In this document: positions 51,806 to 60,185 of the stretch, in pieces | Numbering within the stretch: the stretch's first letter is position 1 | Layout: the number at the start of each line of letters is the position of its first letter | Assembly: GCA_963735805.1 (NCBI GenBank) | Contig: CAVTMK010000002.1 | Location: 1,312,001-1,376,000 of the forward strand | Direction: 5' to 3' | Source of the DNA: an uncultured Verrucomicrobiae bacterium | GTDB lineage: Bacteria; Verrucomicrobiota; Verrucomicrobiia; Chthoniobacterales; UBA10450 | Length of the DNA: 64,000 bases | Program-made: the position numbers and the translations under genes | Notes under the pieces: model-generated | What the model was told of the DNA's origin: nothing | Databases searched by the model: none | Seen by the model: only the letters and a program-made list of their open reading frames with translations

Positions 51806-51922
51806 ATCTCTATAAAGCAAAAGTCTCGATAAAAGGTCAATGTTTTTCTGAGGATAATGGTGCCACGGCGTGAACTTCGGAAGCGTCGCTGCTCACAAGC
51901 AGCCTGATACCCTCTAAAGACA

Positions 51923-51938
51923 TAGCACTAAGGTCCAA
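51923..51938. promoter_or_regulatory. 16-bp operator variant (TAGCACTAAGGTCCAA)
   Basis: Same position relative to RNA copy B as 41468 has to copy A; followed by TAGGCA-N17-TAGACC. Confidence 0.7.
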
Positions 51939-51974
51939 TAGGCAGCGGTTGCAAGGAGTGGTAGACCTAACTTA

Positions 51975-52165
51975 GATCACGTCATCCGACGTCCCAACGC
52001 ACTTTCGGGCCGAGCTGAAAGGTCTGGAGGGGCTTAACCTTCGCTGAGGCACCGCTTAGCGCGATCTCCAGATTCACCTGGAGCCCGAGTCGACCGAAGC
52101 GAGGCAGCTATTTAAAGCGCCTCGTGAAGATGAGTCATCGCTCCGCGCGGATTTGGAGCAGTCAA
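51975..52165 (+). ncRNA. Candidate structured RNA / 5' leader, copy B
   Basis: Homologous to 41243-41431 (minus strand) with covarying stems. Confidence 0.65.
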
Positions 52166-52277
52166 CCCTAAATGAAAGGCATTTATGAAATTCGTTAGTC
52201 TTAGAAGAGAGCGAACTCACCGGAAAGGAAAGTTACAGAAACCGTTCAATGCCACAGTTGAATTTTTCACCAAGCGG

Positions 52278-52478
52278 ATGGCTCCTCCTCATCAAATCCA
52301 CACTTACACCGAACTGCAGCAACAGATTCACGAAGACCTGCGGATTCAACATCCCGAATGGATCCAGCCAAATGGCGAATCTCCCATGTGTGATGCTTAC
52401 GAGGTGCGCCTCACGGAACTCCTGAACACATTGACGCGAAGATCCCCTAACAACTCGCAGCAGGGAAGAACCATATGA
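52278..52478 (+). CDS. Small conserved hypothetical protein, copy B (may start at 52185)
   Basis: Paralog of 40741-40935; in frame with the upstream ATG at 52185. Confidence 0.65.
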   Translation: MAPPHQIHTYTELQQQIHEDLRIQHPEWIQPNGESPMCDAYEVRLTELLNTLTRRSPNNSQQGRTI

Positions 52479-52506
52479 ATTCAGTGATTCGACTGAAAGG
52501 TGAGCA

Positions 52507-52848
52507 ATGACGGCGATTCTAGCCCAGTTCCCGGATGAATCTATCGAACTCGACGGCGTCGAGGAGCACAGGGTCCTGACAATGCTGGGAGTCATTTATG
52601 AAGGCGGCTCGCTCCACGGCAAGATCGCCGATTTCTCCACGCGCGACATCGAACGCCTGGCGGTCGGCCGTCACGGGCGTAATTGGCACTTCTTTGAAAC
52701 TTATAAGCGCACAATCTGTGTCGATATTCGCAGTGGACGAACAATCTTTCGCTACGCCGGCATCACTTCTAAAGCCAATAACAACACCCGGTGTAAGAGG
52801 CTGCTGGCGGCGCTTCGCATCCGCAAATTGAGGGCCATCGAAATATGA
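52507..52848 (+). CDS. Hypothetical protein
   Basis: 113-aa ATG ORF with an AAAGGTG RBS. Confidence 0.45.
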   Translation: MTAILAQFPDESIELDGVEEHRVLTMLGVIYEGGSLHGKIADFSTRDIERLAVGRHGRNWHFFETYKRTICVDIRSGRTIFRYAGITSKANNNTRCKRLLAALRIRKLRAIEI

Positions 52849-52921
52849 ATGGGTGCAAGGTTAAGAAAGATACCTTCATCACTCGGTGGCGCCGAGTTCA
52901 AACTGAAAACCTCCCACGTGC

Positions 52922-53254
52922 TCAATGCGCTCCTGCGATCATGTCCTTCATGATTTTGCGGCCGGTCGCCTGCAATGGTCCCATTCCGCTTCCCGGCAGG
53001 AACCACATGCCTTTGTCTTTGTCACGGCAATAAACAATGTTGACGTCGTCGCTCGTGATCGCGTGATGAAATGTGGCGCCAGTGTTCTCGGCAATGAATC
53101 GGAAGAAAGTCTCGCGCCATGGGTCATCGGCATAATGGAAAATCTCTTCGCCAAGTTTCTTTAGTTCTTCACCGCTAATGGTACGAATGGATTTGGCAAT
53201 TGCTTTGCGGCGCTCCTTGTCGAGGCTTTCAAGATCGAATTTTTCGAATGGCAT
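52922..53254 (-). CDS. Hypothetical protein
   Basis: 110-aa ATG ORF with protein-like composition ('GMWFLPGSGMGPL'). Confidence 0.65.
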   Translation of the reverse strand: MPFEKFDLESLDKERRKAIAKSIRTISGEELKKLGEEIFHYADDPWRETFFRFIAENTGATFHHAITSDDVNIVYCRDKDKGMWFLPGSGMGPLQATGRKIMKDMIAGAH

Positions 53255-53360
53255 AAGGTCAGATTATTCTGTTGAGTACGGTTCGTTAGGCAATGGAAGA
53301 GACACAGGTGAGCGGCATCGAGGGATTTTCTCTTTTAATCGAGTCCATCGAAGTAGCCCA

Positions 53361-53376
53361 TTGGACTTTAGTCTTA
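53361..53376. promoter_or_regulatory. 16-bp palindromic operator (TTGGACTTTAGTCTTA)
   Basis: Recurring motif, 41 bp upstream of the cax start. Confidence 0.7.
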
Positions 53377-53417
53377 TTCATGATCGCAGGCCTTTGTGGT
53401 AATGGAATCATGGAGCC

Positions 53418-54506
53418 ATGAAGCTGCTTCTTCAAGAAATCCGTCGCAACCCACTGCTTTGGCTGCTTGTGTTTGTTCCCATCGCGCTAGCAACTGAGAA
53501 ACTCAACCATGAAGCGCACACGTTACATTTCGTTCTTTCGGTGCTCGCGATTTTGCCGTTGGCTGTTCTGCTGAGTCATGCGACGGAATCTGTCGCGGCG
53601 AAGACGGGCGATTCGGTCGGCGGTCTGCTTAACGCAACGCTTGGCAATCTAACCGAGCTTGTCATCGCTATCGCCGCTTTGCAGGCGGGACAATACACAT
53701 TGGTCAAGGCATCGATCGCCGGCGCGATCGTGACGAATTCCTTGTTTATGCTGGGCGCATCGTTCCTGCTCGGCGGACTCCGCTATCACGTTCAGGAATT
53801 CAACCGTGTCGCCGCGCGATTTCAGGCCGGCTTGCTTTTCCTCGCTACAATAGCGCTTCTAATTCCGTCCGCCGTATCCGCGCGCGATTCGTTAGGTGCA
53901 GGCGGTTCAACCAAAACCCTGAGCGTGGCACTCTCATTTTTGCTTTTGCTCGCATACGGTCTCGGTCTTTGGTTTTCACTCAACACGCATCGCGAATTGT
54001 TCGCAAGCTCGGCCGAGGAACACGAAGCGGCGTGGCCGATCGGTCTGGCGCTCGCCACGCTGGCAGCTGTTACGGTTTTCGTTGCGTTGGTAAGCGAAGT
54101 GTTTGTCGGATCCGTTCAGTACGCGGCGACTGCCTTTGGAATGAGCCCTGCGTTCGTCGGGTTCATCGTTGTGGCTTTGGTGGGCGCAGCTGCCGAAATG
54201 GCGTCCGCATTTTCCGCCGCGCGCAAGAATCGTCTCGATTTGAGCGTGAGCATTGCACTTGGCAGCGCCGCGCAGATTGCCCTCTTCGTTGCTCCGGTTC
54301 TGGTACTGCTGAGTTATTTGATCGGCCCCGCGCCGATGGATTTGAATTTCTGGCCCGGTGCAGTCGCGATGATTCTGTTCGCAACGCTCACCGCATCTCT
54401 GGTGACCACATCTGGTCGCTCCGCCTGGTTCGTCGGCGTGCTCGTGATCTTGGTTTACCTGATATTCGCTACGGCGCTCTATCTTTTGCCACCCCAGAAT
54501 ACTTGA
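53418..54506 (+). CDS. cax: Calcium/proton exchanger (CAX/ChaA family)
   Basis: 'GGLLNATLGNLTEL' and 'VALVGAAAEM..A..NRLDLSVSIALGSAAQIALFVAP' alpha repeats. Confidence 0.93.
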   Translation: MKLLLQEIRRNPLLWLLVFVPIALATEKLNHEAHTLHFVLSVLAILPLAVLLSHATESVAAKTGDSVGGLLNATLGNLTELVIAIAALQAGQYTLVKASIAGAIVTNSLFMLGASFLLGGLRYHVQEFNRVAARFQAGLLFLATIALLIPSAVSARDSLGAGGSTKTLSVALSFLLLLAYGLGLWFSLNTHRELFASSAEEHEAAWPIGLALATLAAVTVFVALVSEVFVGSVQYAATAFGMSPAFVGFIVVALVGAAAEMASAFSAARKNRLDLSVSIALGSAAQIALFVAPVLVLLSYLIGPAPMDLNFWPGAVAMILFATLTASLVTTSGRSAWFVGVLVILVYLIFATALYLLPPQNT

Positions 54507-54575
54507 ATTAGGCGATCAACGCGATTACGCACCATGAAACGCCGCTGGAAAGTTGTTACCAATCATTGAGAGCTA

Positions 54576-55481
54576 ATGAAAATAAAAGAAATCATCAAAA
54601 CAGCCAGTGAACTGGCCGAGCCATTCCGTGTCAACAAAGGCAAAAACTTTCGCCTTAAAGATGTCGATCCAGACGACACCCTTGATTTCACCAAAGAGGC
54701 TGACAAACCGAGAGCGAAGGAAGCGTTGGCGATGGGCGTCACGGCCCTGGCCGAGTTGCAAGACAAGCTATACGCCCAGGATAAGTGGGCTGTGCTTTTG
54801 ATCTTTCAAGCAATGGACGCGGCTGGCAAGGATGGCGCCATCAAGCATGTCCTGTCGGGCGTAAATCCACAGGGCTGCCAGGTGTATTCGTTCAAATCGC
54901 CCTCGTCCGAAGATCTGGATCACGATTACCTCTGGCGCTGCATGAAATGCCTGCCGAACCGGGGTCAGATCGGAATTTTTAACCGCAGCTATTATGAAGA
55001 GGTACTCGTCGTCCGGGTGCATCCCGAATTCCTGGCGAAACAAAAATTGCCGCCAAAACTAGTGGGCAAACACATTTGGGAAGAGCGATTCGAAGACATC
55101 CGCAATTTCGAGCAATATCTGTCGAGGAATGGCGTCGTGGTGCGGAAATTTTTTCTACACGTTTCAAAGAAAGAACAGAAACGACGATTCCTTGAGCGAA
55201 TCGACGACCCGCTGAAAAACTGGAAGTTCTCGTCCAACGACGCGAATGAGCGCGACTTTTGGGACGATTACATGGGAGCGTACGAAGAAATGATTCAGGA
55301 AACGGCAACGAAAGACGCGCCGTGGTATGTGGTCCCGGCGGACAACAAATGGTTCACACGTGTCGTCGTCGCCGCAGCGGTGATTGAAACCCTCGCCTCA
55401 CTGGATCTGGCGTACCCCAAAGTGGATGAAGGAAAACTCAAGGAACTGGCGGCAGCGAAAAAGAAATTAGTAAGCAAGTAA
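54576..55481 (+). CDS. ppk2: Polyphosphate kinase 2 family phosphotransferase
   Basis: 'FQAMDAAGKDGAIKHV', 'HDYLWR', 'FNRSYYEEVL', 'WKFS', 'PWYVVPADNKW'. Confidence 0.95.
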   Translation: MKIKEIIKTASELAEPFRVNKGKNFRLKDVDPDDTLDFTKEADKPRAKEALAMGVTALAELQDKLYAQDKWAVLLIFQAMDAAGKDGAIKHVLSGVNPQGCQVYSFKSPSSEDLDHDYLWRCMKCLPNRGQIGIFNRSYYEEVLVVRVHPEFLAKQKLPPKLVGKHIWEERFEDIRNFEQYLSRNGVVVRKFFLHVSKKEQKRRFLERIDDPLKNWKFSSNDANERDFWDDYMGAYEEMIQETATKDAPWYVVPADNKWFTRVVVAAAVIETLASLDLAYPKVDEGKLKELAAAKKKLVSK

Positions 55482-55649
55482 AGTCTGCCGTAGTGCAAAA
55501 TGGTTTGGCTGCACGCGCAGATGGAATCCGTTTGGAATTTGACGGCGACCATCCAGCTCAATGGGCGAGGGGCATTGAATCTGTCCTGCCCGGTAATTAA
55601 GTATCTTATTCGCCGCGCAACAGCGAGCCTTAAGGCGGATCTTCGCAGC

Positions 55650-56295
55650 TCACGACTCCTTAGGTGATGTGGGCAACACCGAGACTGTTTTCCAATTGAA
55701 GGCAATGGCGAGCATGCGAAAGACAAAGCAACACCCAATCGACAGCAATGCTGCTGTTGTTGCCGACATCTTGAAGTACAAGATCAGCAACGTAAACAGG
55801 CTTGCTCCAATCAAAGCCGCGAGCACGTAGAGCTGTCCCGGTTTGAACAGGAGCGGTTCATCGCTCACCAGCACATCGCGTAACAGCCCACCGCCGCAGG
55901 CAGTCACGATGCCGATCATGATCGCGGTCAGAATCGGGAGCTGGGCGTTAAGCGCGTGCTCCACACCAACGACCGCGTAACAACCCAACCCAAGCGCATC
56001 GGCAAACAGAAAAGCGGTTTGCAAACGAGCGATGTGATTGCGAAACAAGGCCGCGAGCAATACAACCGACAATAACAACAGCAAGATAACGCCCATCGCT
56101 CATCGCAAGCGGCGGTCCGTGTTGGATAAAAATGCCATCACGAATCAAACCGCCGCCCACTCCGGTCACCAGCGCCAGCACGAACAAGCCTATCACGTCA
56201 TAGTGCCGGCGAATCGCGAGCAAGGCGCCGGTCATGGCGTAGAGGCACGTCGCGCTTAGATCGATGTAGATCGGAAGTGTGAAATGGCTCCTCAT
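55650..56295 (-). pseudogene. TRIC/UPF0126 (YadS-like) membrane protein, frameshifted near 56055
   Basis: 'TGVGGGLIRDG' and 'DALGLG..TACGGGLLRDVL..LY' lie in adjacent frames. Confidence 0.8.
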
Positions 56296-56761
56296 AACCA
56301 GGCATCCTCTTTCGTTGTCGCGCGGAGCTCGGATGAAGGCAAATCCCGACCAGGTGAGGCCGCCCTGCGAATCTCCGAAATCGAGCTAATGAAGGCTCTC
56401 AACATCTGGAGAATCAAAGAAGGGCCGGTCAGACGAATGCCGCTTTGCCGGGCGTTGCTCAGACGTCTGATTTGATGCACAGCCGAGAAGCAGCATTGAA
56501 AACACAAAAAATAAAGCAATTGTCCTTACGTGACCCGAAGAATTGCCTAACGAGATATGTGAGGAATCATGCCGTCCAATCCGCTCGCGGTCTGTGTGGT
56601 TAACCGATGAAAGCGGAGTCATGGGAACTCATTTTCGTTGGAAGAGCGATGCCATCAAAACTACGTGATGACTCACCACCTCGCAACGCATCGTCTACTG
56701 CATTGACTGCGCTTACAAGAATGCAGGCAGGATTGAGGACCCCATGCTGGTACAGGAGTAC

Positions 56762-58447
56762 CTACGTCATCATGGCAACCAAAACTGGCCCCCATGCCGT
56801 GAGCACGATATTGCCAATCGCGTAGGGCACGGTGTAGCCCAAAGCCGGGAGGTCACTATCCGCCTCTTCCTGGACCGCGCGAAGCGCAGCGGTGATCGTC
56901 CCTGCGCCGCAACAAGCACCCAGAACGATTACGGGGTTCATCCTTAAGACATAACGACCGAACAAGATAGACACTGCGTGCGGTAGAATCGCGATTACAA
57001 GGCCGACGAAGACGAGGCTGATCCCCGACTTCTGCAGCCCCGAAAAAAAGCTGGGCCCTGCGGCAAGTCCCACGCAGGCCATGAAGACTGTCAAACCCAC
57101 CGTGTCGAAGATCCACATGGCCGACCCTGGGATCCGGCCGAATGTCGGGTGAACCGCGCGCAGCCAACCGAATACCAGACCCATGATCAGCGCGCCTCCG
57201 CTGGCGGTAAGCGTGAGGGGTAACCCCGCAACTGTAAGGGTGAGCAATCCCATGAAGCCGCCTAGCACGATCCCCAAACCGACGAAGATCATGTCTGTCA
57301 TTACAGTCTGGCGATCGGCATATCCGAGCTCCTTGGCCGCGCGCGCGACGTCGCGCGCAGCTCCGACGAGCGTGAGTACGTCGCCCCGCTCCACTCGTGT
57401 CGCGGGAGAGAATGGCATCGGCTCGCCAACCCTGGTCAGCTTTTTCAAAAACACCCCCCGAGCGAACTCCATGGCCGCCAGATCTGTAAGAGTTTTGCCG
57501 ACGAAAGACCTGTTGGTGATCACCACGTCGAGCACGTCGATCGGAAAACTCAGGAGTTCCTTGTCATCTACTTCGGCCCCGATCTCTCCCCCGCGGGCCG
57601 TCAGCAATTCCGAGCGCGTCAGGACCGCAATGACGTCACCTTCGCGAACGACCGTGTCTGGGTCGGGCTCGATGATCTTGCCCTCCCTGCGAATTCTGGA
57701 GATGAAGACGCGAGCTTGTTTGGGACGTGCCTCCAGTTCGGCGACATTCCGATTGATCAAATCCGGGTTCGTGACCTTGTAAGCGCGAACCGCCAGAGCC
57801 TGGTAGGCTGACAGCGTCTCCGGCTCGCCGCCGCCCGAGGCTGCGATCTTTGCACGGAGTTTTCGGGCCTCCTCCTTCAAATTAACGCGCATCAGCTTCG
57901 GACCAATGTTCGGGAGAAACCACACGATAAACGCTGTGCCGATAAGATAAGTGACGGCGTAGGCTACCGGGATGTTATTGATCAGGTTGGTTTTGTCCGC
58001 GTCCGGTATGGTGGCCACGCGACCGATGGCATCGCTCGCGGTTCCGATGACGGTCGACTCAGTGAATGCGCCGGCAAGCATACCAGCTGCCGTGCCCACG
58101 TCGTAACCGAGGAGTTTCGCGGCGGTATACGCGGCGACCAGGCACGTGATGCAGAGGACGAGCGTAATGGCAAGCTGCGGCAATGCGTCCTTCTTTAGAG
58201 CGCGGAAGAACTGGGGTCCCACCTTGTAGCCGGTGGTGAAAAGAAAGAGATCAAAAAAGACATATTTTACCACGGCGGGAACCTGGATGTTCAGCTGGCC
58301 GATCGCGACTCCCGCGAGCAGCGTGCCCACGGCGGTACCGAGGCTGAACGTCCCGATTTTAAGACGGCCGATGAAGAAGCCGATCGCCAATGTTAAGAAA
58401 ACCGCGAGTTCCTGATGCTCCCTAAGACCTTGGGTAAGATAGTTCAT
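56762..58447 (-). CDS. aspT: Aspartate:alanine antiporter (AspT/YidE family)
   Basis: 'GYKVGPQFF', 'PVAYAVTY', two TrkA_C-like domains, 'PALGYTVPYAIGN'. Confidence 0.92.
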   Translation of the reverse strand: MNYLTQGLREHQELAVFLTLAIGFFIGRLKIGTFSLGTAVGTLLAGVAIGQLNIQVPAVVKYVFFDLFLFTTGYKVGPQFFRALKKDALPQLAITLVLCITCLVAAYTAAKLLGYDVGTAAGMLAGAFTESTVIGTASDAIGRVATIPDADKTNLINNIPVAYAVTYLIGTAFIVWFLPNIGPKLMRVNLKEEARKLRAKIAASGGGEPETLSAYQALAVRAYKVTNPDLINRNVAELEARPKQARVFISRIRREGKIIEPDPDTVVREGDVIAVLTRSELLTARGGEIGAEVDDKELLSFPIDVLDVVITNRSFVGKTLTDLAAMEFARGVFLKKLTRVGEPMPFSPATRVERGDVLTLVGAARDVARAAKELGYADRQTVMTDMIFVGLGIVLGGFMGLLTLTVAGLPLTLTASGGALIMGLVFGWLRAVHPTFGRIPGSAMWIFDTVGLTVFMACVGLAAGPSFFSGLQKSGISLVFVGLVIAILPHAVSILFGRYVLRMNPVIVLGACCGAGTITAALRAVQEEADSDLPALGYTVPYAIGNIVLTAWGPVLVAMMT

Positions 58448-58483
58448 AGTGATGGCTGGCTTTCAAAGTTGGGGTGGTTGATC

Positions 58484-58516
58484 ACAGGAGTCGTTAGTGT
58501 AGACAGGAGTCGTTAG
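58484..58516. repeat. 14-bp direct repeat ACAGGAGTCGTTAG x2
   Basis: Exact copies at 58484-58497 and 58503-58516. Confidence 0.7.
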
Positions 58517-58547
58517 GTAGAAGCATTTCTCCGCGCGGTTCGACTTG

Positions 58548-60060
58548 TTAGAACTTGATTACGTAGTTAAAAATCGCGCGGAAGTCGGTGAGATTGTGCA
58601 CGTCTCCTCCAAACTGCTGGACGACCGCATAGCGCAGACGCAGAGACAAGCCCTCCAGGACGCCTTTTTTGGGGCCCCACTGGAGATTAAAATCGAACTC
58701 GTTCTGTCGAAATTGTCCCGCTAGATCAGGGTCCGTACCAAACACCGCTAAGGCATAGGCGCTCAGTCCGTCGACCCAGGGAAAGTCATAACCAGCGCGA
58801 ACAAGAAACGCGCCCTCACCGGCTCGATTGAAGTCTTGAACCTGAACACTCGTATAGCCGGGATAGCCGCTCCACGGGTTTTGCAAGTTGGCGGTCCCCC
58901 AAGCTTGGGTGAAAGCTGCGGTAAACAGCGCATTCTTGACGGGCACGTCTAATTTGATGCCGAATTGATGACCCGAGAAACTGTGGCCCTGTAGGTCGTT
59001 ATTCCCGACACTACCCTGGTCCACATACTGGCCAGCGAACTTTAGCTTCCAGTCGCCGGTAAGCGGGACTTCCAGCTTAGATTCGGCATATGCGATGTTG
59101 ATGATGTCTTCGCTGTAATAGTCGATCGCACCAATGTTAAATTTTCCGTTCTCATAGAGGGCTCCGGCCGACCACACGCCTCGCTCGACATCAGCGCCCG
59201 CGTCTTCTGACATCGAGACAAACTCGCTGTCATTTTGCGCTTTGATTTTGTAGAAATACCCGAGTCCGTATTTGATCGACGCGACGTCCGCGGCCGGTGT
59301 TGGCGTCGGGACTGCAACCTCTTTTCCATCTTTGCTCAGGCCCACGCCGTCGTCGGCCACGTTGTCATCGCCGCTGCTGCTCGTGCCAAGCTTGGTGCGA
59401 CCCTGCAAAACGATCGCCTCAAACGTATTTGGCGTCATGCGGGTGTCGTTGCGGTTGATAAAAGGCGTGTCGTAGCCCTTGGCTCCGACAGTAATACCCA
59501 CGTCTTTGACGATCCGGAGTTCAGCGTAGAACTCGCCCATGACCGTATAGTTATTCTGCCCGGGCGCCAGGAGGCCGGTTCCATCCCTGTCGTCAGGGGC
59601 ATATATCGGATTGGAAGTGTAAACTGTCGCTCCGAACGCAACATGGTCGAGAAAGTAACCGGTCTTCACGCCCAGCCAGCCGCCGATGGCCCAAGCCTGT
59701 TTCTCTGCGCCACTGAAGTCGCTGCGATCGAAATAGAAACTGCGCAAGTTGAATTCGAACTTTGTATCTTTCAGGGCTTGCCGGCGTTTTTCCAACCGCC
59801 ATTCACGGGTGTCAAATGAGTCGACCAGAGGTGTCTGACCTTGCTCAACAGATGTTAGCGCGCTGTCGGTTGGAGCGACCTCGGTCACCGTTAGGATGGG
59901 AGCGAACTTGCGTCACCGCCAGGGAGAGATCAGACGGACCGGCCATCCAGGGGTCTATATCCTTCTCCTGCTGACCGAGGGTAGTTTTTACACCGCTCAA
60001 CACGGTCAGTAGCGCTACTGCGGTGCATGCGTAGTCACGAAGAGAAGTTCGTGTACTCAT
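58548..60060 (-). pseudogene. OprD-family outer-membrane porin; signal-peptide segment separated by a frameshift near 59900
   Basis: Barrel ORF 58548-59888 ('DTPFINRNDTRMTPNTF', 'DFNRAGE', terminal F) lacks a signal peptide; the ORF from 60060 supplies one in the adjacent frame. Confidence 0.75.
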
Positions 60061-60185
60061 AATGGTGTGCTGGGGCTGACCTTCACCGGCGCCTGCTAGT
60101 ATTGGCTTTCTCTCCGTCAGGAGTAAATATTTTTTTAACCCTTTTTTCCTTTCTATTGCGACAGTGGCATCGCGAACTAACCGAA

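Noticed and set aside
41243..52165. The two inverted homologous blocks as ends of a composite transposon or invertible segment
   Set aside because: They are diverged with indels, conserve structure rather than exact sequence, and no transposase or recombinase is present.
51975..52165. Assignment to the TPP or SAM riboswitch families (CTGAG and GAAGATGA words)
   Set aside because: The remaining consensus elements are missing and the downstream genes are unrelated to thiamine or methionine.
56292..56622. Small lipoprotein-like reading (…LLLGCASNQ…) upstream of the TRIC gene
   Set aside because: No clear start codon before the hydrophobic stretch and the frames conflict; a CDS cannot be supported.
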